Shown piece after piece: positions 7,775 through 15,771 of a stretch of DNA of 38,038 nucleotides (positions are counted from its first letter, which is position 1; each line of letters opens with the position of its first letter). The stretch is from Patescibacteria group bacterium AH-259-L07. Lineage in GTDB: Bacteria > Patescibacteriota > Patescibacteriia > UBA2591 > UBA6264. The stretch lies in contig JALLOP010000002.1 of assembly GCA_027718005.1 (NCBI GenBank), positions 1-38,038 on the forward strand, read 5' to 3'. The notes beneath the pieces were generated by a model. It searched no databases. It was given only the letters and a program-made list of their open reading frames with translations, and had not been told where the DNA came from. The translations under genes were made by a program, and so were the position numbers.

Positions 7775-7972
7775 ATGGATAATTTAGACAAATTACAAGA
7801 CGAAATAGGAGGATTAAGCGCTGAAGTTGAAAGATTATTAAAACTTTTAGAAGAGAAAGATGAGGAAATTCAAAGATTGAATGAAAGGTTAGATAAGATA
7901 GATAACCTTGCTCATAGATTAGATAAAGTAGATGACATTACCTACGATATTAGAGAAGTAATTAAAAGATAG
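7775..7972 (+). CDS. small coiled-coil protein
   Basis: 65-aa ORF with a heptad-like charged sequence. Confidence 0.6.
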   Translation: MDNLDKLQDEIGGLSAEVERLLKLLEEKDEEIQRLNERLDKIDNLAHRLDKVDDITYDIREVIKR

Positions 7973-8086
7973 CCCCAACGCAACAAGTGCCTTTTGTAAA
8001 AACCTGAATAGTTCCCTGTGCAGTAACTGGACAAGTAAGGTCTTAAGGTTCAATGAGAATTCCAGCTTGTTCAACTGGGGGAATAA

Positions 8087-8157
8087 CGCGGGGTGGAGTA
8101 GTGGCAACTCGGTGGTTTCATACGCCACAGACACGGGTTCAATTCCCGTCCCTGCTA
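8087..8157 (+). tRNA. tRNA-Met, anticodon CAT, with initiator-like features
   Basis: Cloverleaf built by hand:
- Acceptor CGCGGGG / CCCTGCT.
- U8.
- D arm GAGT-AGTGGCA-ACTC.
- Anticodon arm GTGGT-TTCATAC-GCCAC.
- T arm ACGGG-TTCAATT-CCCGT.
- Discriminator A.
- No encoded CCA. Confidence 0.8.
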
Positions 8158-8160
8158 TAT

Positions 8161-8308
8161 GGGCGAGTGGCGGAATAGGTAATCGCTATGGTGAGGATAT
8201 TCTACAAAGGTATAAACATAAGAAACCTTTGGGTTGAAAAACATAAGCTAGTGGAGTAATTAACCACAAAAAAGAGTCCTTGTCAGGTGCAAATCCTGAC
8301 CTCGCCCT
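8161..8308 (+). ncRNA. tRNA-like element with an internal insertion of about 70-95 nt (aberrant, intron-containing or degenerate tRNA)
   Basis: - It starts 3 nt after the tRNA-Met.
- Perfect 7-bp acceptor pairing GGGCGAG (8161..8167) / CTCGCCC (8301..8307).
- Canonical U8 and D arm GCGG-AATAGGTAA-TCGC.
- T-like arm GTCAGG-TGCAAAT-CCTGAC.
- No canonical anticodon arm could be drawn. Confidence 0.4.
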
Positions 8309-8325
8309 AAACCAAGATATAAATT

Positions 8326-8757
8326 ATGAAAATATCTAACGAAGAAAAATCATATTTAGCTGGTTACATAGACGCCGATGGCAGTCTTGGAATTTATAAA
8401 AGTAATCATGGTTATTATAGTGTCATAGTTACAGCTTCAAGCACTGATTTAAGAGTTCTAAACCGTTTAAAATTTTTATATAAAGGTTCTGTAAGATGTG
8501 TAAGACACGGAAAAGAAAATTGGAAAGATGAATATAGATGGGTTATCGCCACAAAACAATCTGTAAAATTCTTAAATGATATTTATTCTTATTTGATATT
8601 AAAAAAAGATAGAGCAAAAGTTTTATTAGATTTTCAATCAACTATGAAAAGTGGTCAGTATCTTACTCCCGAAATTATAAAAATACGAGAAAAGTTATTG
8701 AGAAAAATAGCTACCCTTAACAAAAAAGGTGTTTCGCCCACTAAAAAACTAATTTAG
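8326..8757 (+). CDS. LAGLIDADG homing endonuclease (single-motif type)
   Basis: YLAGYIDADGSLGI motif near the N-terminus; 143 aa. Confidence 0.85.
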   Translation: MKISNEEKSYLAGYIDADGSLGIYKSNHGYYSVIVTASSTDLRVLNRLKFLYKGSVRCVRHGKENWKDEYRWVIATKQSVKFLNDIYSYLILKKDRAKVLLDFQSTMKSGQYLTPEIIKIREKLLRKIATLNKKGVSPTKKLI

Positions 8758-8762
8758 AATTT

Positions 8763-9116
8763 ATGCGAGAAATAAAATTTAGAGGAGTTGATGAAAATAA
8801 TAAAATATATAATTTGTCAGCCATAAACTTAAAAACTATGGCTGGGTTTTGTAAGGTGAAAGGAAGGGTTGAAGAAGAATGGTGTAAGTTTGAAAAGTTT
8901 ATTCAGTTTACTGGCCTAAAAGATAAAAATGGTAAAGAGATTTATGAGGGGGATATATTAATGTCAAGGAATTTTAGTGGTGAATTTTCAAAAATTGAGG
9001 TTATATATTCACAAAAAGAAGGAGCATTTACTACTAAAGAGGGTTATTTATTTGCAAGATATGAGAATAAAATAATCGGCAATATCTACGAAAATCCTGA
9101 ACTATTAAAAAACTAA
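8763..9116 (+). CDS. YopX-family phage protein
   Basis: MREIKFRG..., TGLKDKNGKEIYEGDIL and IGNIYENPELLK are the hallmark blocks of the YopX family. Confidence 0.85.
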   Translation: MREIKFRGVDENNKIYNLSAINLKTMAGFCKVKGRVEEEWCKFEKFIQFTGLKDKNGKEIYEGDILMSRNFSGEFSKIEVIYSQKEGAFTTKEGYLFARYENKIIGNIYENPELLKN

Positions 9117-9125
9117 TTTAATTAT

Positions 9126-9434
9126 ATGACTAAAAAAACATTTGACGAGAGGTTTGATTGTAGGATTAAAGATTGGAAAAGACCAAAAAATAATTGTCAT
9201 ATCAAAGATTGCGAAGTATGTGAAAAAGATATCAAAGATTTTGTTATTGAAGAAGTATTACAGGTTTTGGAGAGGGTGAAGTTGAAGGAAAAAGAAATAA
9301 CAAAAATGGATTGTTGGAGTAATGATGATGTAAGGGGTTTAGAAGAATTAAATAGAATGGAAGAAAATTACAATCAAGCAGTTCAAGACCTTGATAAAAT
9401 AATTAACGATTTAAAAAAAGAATATGAGATGTAA
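9126..9434 (+). CDS. phage hypothetical protein
   Basis: 102-aa ORF in a tightly packed operon. Confidence 0.65.
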   Translation: MTKKTFDERFDCRIKDWKRPKNNCHIKDCEVCEKDIKDFVIEEVLQVLERVKLKEKEITKMDCWSNDDVRGLEELNRMEENYNQAVQDLDKIINDLKKEYEM

Positions 9435-9573
9435 AAATTGTGAAAAAATGGCAACAAGAAGTGCTAAAAATGGAGTATATTGTGAAAAGCATTATTGGAA
9501 AAATCCTGATGGAACTTCTATTACTGAACAGATAGAAAGAAAACATTATAATATCAAAAGAAATTATGACTAA
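9424..9573 (+). CDS. 49-aa Cys-rich micro-protein (unlisted ORF)
   Basis: MRCKNCEKMATRSAKNGVYCEKHYW... Its start overlaps the upstream stop and its stop overlaps the next start, filling an otherwise empty 130-nt gap. Confidence 0.45.
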   Translation: MRCKNCEKMATRSAKNGVYCEKHYWKNPDGTSITEQIERKHYNIKRNYD

Positions 9574-9925
9574 TAAAAAAATAATTGAGGAGATATTACA
9601 AAATTTTGAGAACGAAAATCATATTTTATTTAGAGACCAAAATCAAGCAAGAAAATTGATTGAAAAATCCCTCTGGCAACAACGTCAAGAATTTAAGAAA
9701 TTGGTTGAGGGGATGAGACCATATCCATTTATACCTTGTCCAAAATGTGGTGGAAAATTAGAATTTGGTTCAAGTAAAGAAAATCGGTATGGTTGTTATA
9801 ATAAAGAATGTCCTGCAAATAAAAGAAATCACTATTTTTATGTTGATTTGTATAATAAACTTGAAGGAGCTGAAAGATTAAACCAAGCCCTAACTGAGAT
9901 ATTAAAAGTAATAGAGGAATTATGA
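9566..9925 (+). CDS. phage hypothetical protein with a zinc ribbon
   Basis: 119 aa with CPKCGG...CYNKEC. Confidence 0.65.
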   Translation: MTNKKIIEEILQNFENENHILFRDQNQARKLIEKSLWQQRQEFKKLVEGMRPYPFIPCPKCGGKLEFGSSKENRYGCYNKECPANKRNHYFYVDLYNKLEGAERLNQALTEILKVIEEL

Positions 9926-10053
9926 AGTGTAAAAAATGTGGCGAAAGGATATTCGCCTACCAAAGTTTTAGCGCGCAGGCGATAGAAAATACAAAGCCAG
10001 TAGAAGTTAGTTTTTATCATCTTAATTGTGCTTATGGATCAAAAGATCAATGA
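9922..10053 (+). CDS. 43-aa Cys-rich micro-protein (unlisted ORF)
   Basis: MKCKKCGERIF...HLNC. ATGA overlap with the upstream stop. Confidence 0.4.
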   Translation: MKCKKCGERIFAYQSFSAQAIENTKPVEVSFYHLNCAYGSKDQ

Positions 10054-10393
10054 ACGAATTTTAAAAATTTTAGGCACGGCAATTTTGCCTGAAATGTTAA
10101 AGATAGACCACGACTATACGATCGGTTTAACTATCAATATAACCGACATTAACAAAAAAAGTCGACAAGACGGTTCGTATAATTTTATACACAAAGGTAA
10201 AATGTTGGGCGAGCTTTTGGTTCAGAAAGATTTTGGCAAGAAGATATTTGCTCCAACAAAAGGCAGTAGCTCAAAGAAATGGCGCGATCAGTTATGGGCG
10301 TTGAGTGAGGACTACGAAGATTATATGAGAGTGCAACGAGCTAATGGAGAGGAGTTTATTGCGCTTTATAAGAAATTGAGAGATGAGAAATAG
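10034..10393 (+). CDS. phage hypothetical protein
   Basis: ATG at 10034, inside the listed GTG-start ORF 10028..10393. Confidence 0.65.
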   Translation: MDQKINERILKILGTAILPEMLKIDHDYTIGLTINITDINKKSRQDGSYNFIHKGKMLGELLVQKDFGKKIFAPTKGSSSKKWRDQLWALSEDYEDYMRVQRANGEEFIALYKKLRDEK

Positions 10394-10718
10394 AGGAATG
10401 AAAAATCCATTCAGCGAGGAAACACGTATTTTGTTTATCGGCAATTTCCGATGCTTTAATTGTAGCCATAGCAATCAGGGACTGGAGCTTCACCATATCT
10501 TCAAAAGAGTATCGGCAAGTCCGTATAACGCGACGCCCATCTGCCGTGAATGTCACGAATTGGGAGATCTTCATTCAGACAAAAGGCGCTTAAATTTAAT
10601 TCAAAAAACAACTGAGTGGCTTGTTACTGAACATAATTATCAGCCGTCTGCTGAGGATAGGGAGTTTATGAAAAAATATTATAGACCATTATATGAAAAT
10701 TCATCAAATCAAAATTAA
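10383..10718 (+). CDS. small HNH-motif protein
   Basis: CFNC...LELHHI...NATPICRECH matches the HNH beta-beta-alpha metal-finger pattern. It lies upstream of the methylase and terminase genes. Confidence 0.6.
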   Translation: MRNRGMKNPFSEETRILFIGNFRCFNCSHSNQGLELHHIFKRVSASPYNATPICRECHELGDLHSDKRRLNLIQKTTEWLVTEHNYQPSAEDREFMKKYYRPLYENSSNQN

Positions 10719-11940
10719 AGATCTAAAATTTGCTGACTATAATCCACGAAAGTGGAGCGAAAAGGCGATCAAGGAATTGACAAAGAGTTTAAAAAGATTT
10801 GGCATAGTTGATCCAATAATAGTTAACTCAGCGGATAAAAGAAAAAATATAATCATCGGCGGACATTTTAGAGTTAAGATAGCCGAGGAGATAGGATACA
10901 AAGAGGTGCCGGTGGTTTATGTGGATATATCTGATATTAAGAAGGAGCAAGAATTAAATTTACGTCTTAACAAAAATACAGGCCAATTTGATTATGACTT
11001 ACTTGTTGAATTTGGTGAGGATCTATTGATTGATGTAGGATTTGAGAAAGAAGAGCTTGATGAGATATTTGATTTTGATGTAGAGGAAGATGGTTTTGAT
11101 GCAGAGAAAGAATACGAAAAGATAAAAGAACCAAAAAGTAAGTATGGAGATGTGTATCAATTAGGGAGTCATAGATTGGTATGTGGGGATGCAACGAAGA
11201 GTGAGGATGTTGAGAAATTGATGGATGGAGAATTGGCAGATATGATATTTACTGATCCGCCATACAATGTTGGATATTATTATACTGTAACTTATGTAAA
11301 AGGAAGGGTTAGAAAAACAAAATTTCATACTTTTAATGACAAGAAAAGCTTTGAAGATTTTATTGATTTTATCTATTTAAGTTTCAATAACGGATTTAAG
11401 TTTGTAAAAGAAGGTGCTATTTTTTATTGTTGGCACGCTTCAAAGAATGAATATTTATTTAGACAAGGAATTGAAAAAGCAGGATGGCATATTTCTCAAA
11501 CTATTTATTGGTTGAAAAATAATGCTACTTTTAATCGAGGGTTGGATTATTTATGGATAGTAGAACCTTGTTATTTTGGCTGGAAAAAAGGCAAAGGACA
11601 TTATAAAAATAAAAAAATTACTAAAGGATTACAAAATATAATTTTGTTGGATAAAGAAAATTTTGAAGAATTATTAGATGTAATGTATGAACATAAAGAC
11701 AGAATTATAGATTATGAACATCCAACACAAAAACCTATTAGATTAGCAGAAAGAGCCTTAAAAAAGCATTCTAAGAGGGATGATATTGTAATTGATCTGT
11801 TTGGTGGCAGTGGATCAACGCTGATAGGGTGTGAACAGTTAAATCGTAAGTGTTATATGATGGAGATCGATCCTAAGTATTGTGATGTGATTGTTAAGCG
11901 CTGGGAGAGATTTATAAATAATAAAGCTAAAAAATTATGA
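10693..11940 (+). CDS. ParB-like nuclease domain fused to an N6-adenine/N4-cytosine DNA methyltransferase
   Basis: N-terminal ParB-like block (ADYNPRKW...IIGGHFR). Catalytic motif TDPPYN. C-terminal HPTQKP and FGGSGST (AdoMet motif I), which is the beta-class motif order. Confidence 0.9.
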   Translation: MKIHQIKIKDLKFADYNPRKWSEKAIKELTKSLKRFGIVDPIIVNSADKRKNIIIGGHFRVKIAEEIGYKEVPVVYVDISDIKKEQELNLRLNKNTGQFDYDLLVEFGEDLLIDVGFEKEELDEIFDFDVEEDGFDAEKEYEKIKEPKSKYGDVYQLGSHRLVCGDATKSEDVEKLMDGELADMIFTDPPYNVGYYYTVTYVKGRVRKTKFHTFNDKKSFEDFIDFIYLSFNNGFKFVKEGAIFYCWHASKNEYLFRQGIEKAGWHISQTIYWLKNNATFNRGLDYLWIVEPCYFGWKKGKGHYKNKKITKGLQNIILLDKENFEELLDVMYEHKDRIIDYEHPTQKPIRLAERALKKHSKRDDIVIDLFGGSGSTLIGCEQLNRKCYMMEIDPKYCDVIVKRWERFINNKAKKL

Positions 11941-12344
11941 GCCAAAAAACACAAAAGAAAACTAAGGATTTACAATCAAAAAGAGATTTATTTTATGAAG
12001 AGTTTATCAAATGGATTGCATTGCCAAAGCCGTTACGAGAACCGAGAACACATTTAGAGCTTGCCGAGAAATACGGGGTTGATAAAGCAACATTAAGTCA
12101 ATGGAAACATAAAGACGGCTTCTGGGATGAGGTAAGAAAAGAAATGAAACAATGGGCAAGAGATAAGACCCCGAATGTAATTCAGGCTATCTATCAAAAG
12201 ATTCTAAAATACGGCAATGCTCAAGAGGCAAAGCTGTGGCTTCAGTTTATTGAGGATTGGAAAGAGAAGTCAGAGGTTGATGTGGGAGGTAAAAGCATTG
12301 AGGCTTTAGAGGCGAGTATAAGAAAATTGTTAAAGAAAAAATGA
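11937..12344 (+). CDS. terminase small subunit (putative)
   Basis: 135 aa with an HTH (LELAEKYGVDKATLSQWK). Translationally coupled (ATGA) to the large subunit. Confidence 0.6.
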   Translation: MSQKTQKKTKDLQSKRDLFYEEFIKWIALPKPLREPRTHLELAEKYGVDKATLSQWKHKDGFWDEVRKEMKQWARDKTPNVIQAIYQKILKYGNAQEAKLWLQFIEDWKEKSEVDVGGKSIEALEASIRKLLKKK

Positions 12345-13759
12345 AAAGCTCTTACGAATTAGTTAAAGAATTTTACAAAGATGATAAAGGCAAGCCGTTT
12401 TTAATGACATCAGGTCAGGTGAAGATATTTGATGCGATTGCTAAAAGAGAAAAGCCGAGGATCCAGGTGGAAACTTATACGCAATATGGCAAGACTGATG
12501 TTATATCAATGGCCGTTTTGACCAGGGCAAGCACCTATCCGGAGAAGTGGGCGATTATAGCGCCTACCAAGAAAAAGGCAGGGATAATGATGGGGGACGT
12601 TATTAAGCACATTTTTGAAAATCAATATACAAGAAGTAAATTCAGAATAGATCCGGGAGAAAGCGAGGAAAGAATTAAGAGAGAGCGAAGTAAAGAAAGG
12701 ATAACGTTTAAGGTCGGCAAAAATTTGATGGGAGAGATATTTATTTTATCAGCAGAGTCGCGGCGTAAAGGGGAAGATGCCGGAGATGCTTTACTGGGGT
12801 TTGGATCACCTAACCTGATAGAGGATGAGTCAGCCCTTATCCCTGATAAGATTCATTCAAAGGCAATGAGAATGCTCGGAGGCCACAAGGATAATTTCTT
12901 GTGTAAGGTTGGGAATCCGTTCAGACGCAATCATTTCTTAAAATCCTTTCAATCACAAAGATATTACAAGATGATAATAGACTATGTGCAAGGGATCAAA
13001 GAGGGAAGAATTAAGGAAGAGTTTGTTGAGGAGATGAGGAAAGAGGCGTTTTTCGGTGTTTTATATGAGGTTAAGTTTCCTGAACAGGGAGAGATTGATG
13101 ATCAGGGTTGGTATAGCCTTTTGGTTGACACGCAGGTTGAGACGGCGTTTGCCGTTGATGATAAGAAGCGCCGAACAAAGAAACGATTAGGTATTGATCC
13201 GGCTCGGGGAGGGGATTTGAACGCGTATGTTATCAGAGACGATTTCACAATGAGAGTTAAGCACACGGACAGGGAGGCCGATACGATGGGAATAGTCGGC
13301 AAGACGATTCATTTCATAGAGGAGGAAAAGATACATCCGAGCAATGTATTTATCGGAACACAAGGTTTAGGCTGGGGAGCGTATGACCGGCTGATAGAGA
13401 GAGGATTTAAGGTTAATGCAGTAGTAGAGGGGGAGAAGTCAAAGGATATGATAAACGAAAAGAAAAGATATTTTAATATAAAAGCAGAGCTATACTGGAA
13501 AATGAGAAAGTGGATTTTAGCCGGGGGTAAACTGGATAGACACGATGATTGGTATCAGCTCTGCGACATAAAATACAAGGAAGATAGCAGTTCAGTTATT
13601 AAAATGATGTCAAAAGAGGAGATGAGAAGACGTGGTATTGAGAGTCCGGACGTTCCTGATGCCGGTATGTTCACGTTTGCCGCGCCTGTTGTTACTGAGA
13701 AAAAGGACGCTGTTCAATCAGGAGGAGTGGAAGAATACTATCCTGGTATGGGAGTTTAA
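12341..13759 (+). CDS. terminase large subunit
   Basis: 472 aa. Walker A-like QYGKTD and Walker B-like LIEDES, with a C-terminal nuclease-sized domain. Position upstream of the portal gene. Confidence 0.85.
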   Translation: MKSSYELVKEFYKDDKGKPFLMTSGQVKIFDAIAKREKPRIQVETYTQYGKTDVISMAVLTRASTYPEKWAIIAPTKKKAGIMMGDVIKHIFENQYTRSKFRIDPGESEERIKRERSKERITFKVGKNLMGEIFILSAESRRKGEDAGDALLGFGSPNLIEDESALIPDKIHSKAMRMLGGHKDNFLCKVGNPFRRNHFLKSFQSQRYYKMIIDYVQGIKEGRIKEEFVEEMRKEAFFGVLYEVKFPEQGEIDDQGWYSLLVDTQVETAFAVDDKKRRTKKRLGIDPARGGDLNAYVIRDDFTMRVKHTDREADTMGIVGKTIHFIEEEKIHPSNVFIGTQGLGWGAYDRLIERGFKVNAVVEGEKSKDMINEKKRYFNIKAELYWKMRKWILAGGKLDRHDDWYQLCDIKYKEDSSSVIKMMSKEEMRRRGIESPDVPDAGMFTFAAPVVTEKKDAVQSGGVEEYYPGMGV

Positions 13760-13784
13760 TTTATTGATTTATGAGAATAAATGT

Positions 13785-13982
13785 ATGGATAGACAAAAAG
13801 ATACATTTCATCAGGGAATTAAAATTGGAGAAACATTTCCTTGTAATGTTTGCAGACAAGCTAAAGATAGGAAAGCTCTTAAACCACTAAATAAGATGTT
13901 AATCTGTCCTACTTGTTACCCGTCATATTCTTATAAATTACTTGAAAGACATAGAAGAAAGAAAAAAAGTAAATTTAGATAA
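13785..13982 (+). CDS. small zinc-ribbon protein
   Basis: In-frame ATG at 13785 inside the listed ORF. CNVC...CPTC. Confidence 0.5.
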   Translation: MDRQKDTFHQGIKIGETFPCNVCRQAKDRKALKPLNKMLICPTCYPSYSYKLLERHRRKKKSKFR

Positions 13983-13983
13983 T

Positions 13984-14232
13984 ATGAAAAATATGAAAGA
14001 AAAAATAACTTCAAAAGATTTAAAAGAAGACAACGAAAAGCAAAGAATATTTATTACTATGGCTCTTTGTGATAAATGGGGATTTATTGGAATGCCTATT
14101 GGACTTTTTGTTGGAATGATGGAGGAAATAGGAGAGAAATATCCGAATTATAGAATTGAAAAAATGGAGACCTCTCAAAATACAACTCGTCTTCACGATA
14201 ATTTACATATATCGATAATAAAAGAAATTTAA
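13984..14232 (+). CDS. phage hypothetical protein
   Basis: In-frame ATG at 13984 inside listed ORF 13942..14232. Confidence 0.55.
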   Translation: MKNMKEKITSKDLKEDNEKQRIFITMALCDKWGFIGMPIGLFVGMMEEIGEKYPNYRIEKMETSQNTTRLHDNLHISIIKEI

Positions 14233-14235
14233 AAA

Positions 14236-14541
14236 ATGAAAATACCCAAAAAAATCAAGGTAGGAGGACATATTTATAAAGTTATATATCCTTATCGTTT
14301 TAAGGAAAGGGAGGATCTCTATGGCAGGACAAATGAGGGAAGAAAGGAAATTTTTGTTACTAATTTAGACGCAAATGGTAATAAATTGCCTCAAACTAAG
14401 ATTGAAGAAACTTTTTTACACGAGTTATTACACGCAGTTGATCAGACTTATAACAACAATGATTTAAAGGAGGAGATTGTAGCAAGAATGGGAGAGGGTT
14501 TATATCAAGTTCTTAAAGATAACAAATTATTAAAAGAATAA
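14236..14541 (+). CDS. small HExxH-motif protein (possible metallopeptidase-like)
   Basis: FLHELLHAVD contains an HExxH motif; 101 aa. Confidence 0.55.
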   Translation: MKIPKKIKVGGHIYKVIYPYRFKEREDLYGRTNEGRKEIFVTNLDANGNKLPQTKIEETFLHELLHAVDQTYNNNDLKEEIVARMGEGLYQVLKDNKLLKE

Positions 14542-14551
14542 TATAACGCTT

Positions 14552-14932
14552 ATGGGATATAAAAAGAAACTAAACATTTGGAGAAAAAAAGATCTGAAGA
14601 AAAAGAGGTCGGCATTTTGGGATGAATACTGGCAGTTAATGAAAAAACACAAGATGGGATTTGTCCCGACGTTCAGGATTATAGACGGGCAGACTGTTCA
14701 GGCACAGAATACTATCAAGCCGTTGACTGACGAGGTGCTGGAGAAAATGGAGGAAGGGGAGAGGATGGCAAAGGAAGCCGAAGGAAGGGGCATATCTGTT
14801 GAGGAGCTGATGAAGGAAAAAGAGGATGAAAAGATACAGATAAAAGAAATGTCAAATAAAGAAATTAAGGATAAAATAGATGGAGAAAAACGAGAAACTG
14901 ATCAGGGATCTGCTGAAATTAGCAGAGTCTGA
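14552..14932 (+). CDS. phage hypothetical protein, highly charged
   Basis: 126-aa ORF with a Lys/Glu-rich C-terminal half. Confidence 0.6.
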   Translation: MGYKKKLNIWRKKDLKKKRSAFWDEYWQLMKKHKMGFVPTFRIIDGQTVQAQNTIKPLTDEVLEKMEEGERMAKEAEGRGISVEELMKEKEDEKIQIKEMSNKEIKDKIDGEKRETDQGSAEISRV

Positions 14933-15176
14933 TATAGTGGCTAAATCAAAGAGTTATTATGTCGTGGGGATGACCTACGAAGATTTGGCACAGGAATTGC
15001 GAACGAAACTGATTGAGGTTGCTGATAGGTATGATGAGAGCCGGGGAAGTATGAGAACGTTCGCTCATATTGTTATGTGGAATCACATTAAGGATCTGAT
15101 TAAAAAGTCAAAGAGAGAAAAGCGTAAAATTGACAGTTATCACCTTTCATTGACCGATTTTGAGCGTAAAGTGTGA
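14880..15176 (+). CDS. sigma-70 region-2-like protein with no region 4
   Basis: YEDLAQEL...RYDESRGSMRTFAHIVMWNHIKDLIKKSKREKR follows the ECF/sigma-70 region 2 pattern (aEDl.Qe...fd...g.f.tw...i..N...D..Rk..R). The protein ends about 20 aa later. Confidence 0.5.
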   Translation: MEKNEKLIRDLLKLAESDIVAKSKSYYVVGMTYEDLAQELRTKLIEVADRYDESRGSMRTFAHIVMWNHIKDLIKKSKREKRKIDSYHLSLTDFERKV

Positions 15177-15205
15177 TAGATGTCGTATATAGTATATAGG
15201 GGGGT

Positions 15206-15322
15206 AAAAAGGGACAACAGAGATATTAAAAGCGCGCAAAGACTTTTGGTATTTCTTAGTCCCTTTTTGCTTTTGCCCGGGTCTTCTACCGACCGGCCCG
15301 GGCAGAAGCGTAAGCAAAAGCA
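15206..15322 (+). other. nested GC-rich hairpins in the intergenic region upstream of an HNH gene
   Basis: AAAAAGGGAC (15206..15215) pairs with GTCCCTTTTT (15259..15268). TGCCCGGG (15274..15281) pairs with CCCGGGCA (15297..15304). TGCTTTTGC (15268..15276) pairs with GCAAAAGCA (15314..15322). Confidence 0.4.
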
Positions 15323-15324
15323 TT

Positions 15325-15762
15325 ATGGTTGAAACAATTTGTAAAAAATGTGGAAATAATTTTAAGACTTGGGTTTCTCATTTGAAATTAGGGAAGGGTA
15401 AATACTGTTCTTATAAATGTGCAAGTATAGGTCGAATTTTATCAGAAGAAACGAAAAGAAAGATTGGTGAAAAGTCGAAAGGAAATATGTATGCTTTTAA
15501 AAACGGAAGACAAAAAGCGGGTGGATATATTCGTTTGTATATGCCCGATCACCCTAATTGTAATAAAAAGAATTCTATACTTGAACATCGTTATATGGTC
15601 GAATGTATATTAGGCAGATTTCTTGAAAAAGAGGAGATAGTTCATCACATTGACGAAAAAAAAGACAATAATATTCCAGAAAATTTATATTTATTTTCTT
15701 CTCATTCTGAACATACAAAGTATCATCATAGTCCTTTTTTGCTGATGTCTAATCTAATTTAA
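15325..15762 (+). CDS. HNH homing endonuclease (family A) with a zinc finger and a NUMOD3-like motif
   Basis: CKKCG...KGKYCSYKC; SEETKRKIGEKSKG; C-terminal EHRYMVECILGRFLEKEEIVHHID..NNIPENLYLF..HTKYHH. Confidence 0.85.
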   Translation: MVETICKKCGNNFKTWVSHLKLGKGKYCSYKCASIGRILSEETKRKIGEKSKGNMYAFKNGRQKAGGYIRLYMPDHPNCNKKNSILEHRYMVECILGRFLEKEEIVHHIDEKKDNNIPENLYLFSSHSEHTKYHHSPFLLMSNLI

Positions 15763-15771
15763 TCTATAAAA

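Noticed and set aside
8161-8757. Group I intron containing the LAGLIDADG ORF inside a tRNA gene
   Set aside because: Both acceptor halves of the tRNA-like element lie upstream of the ORF. The internal insertion of about 90 nt is too short for a group I core, and I could not identify P3-P7 type pairings.
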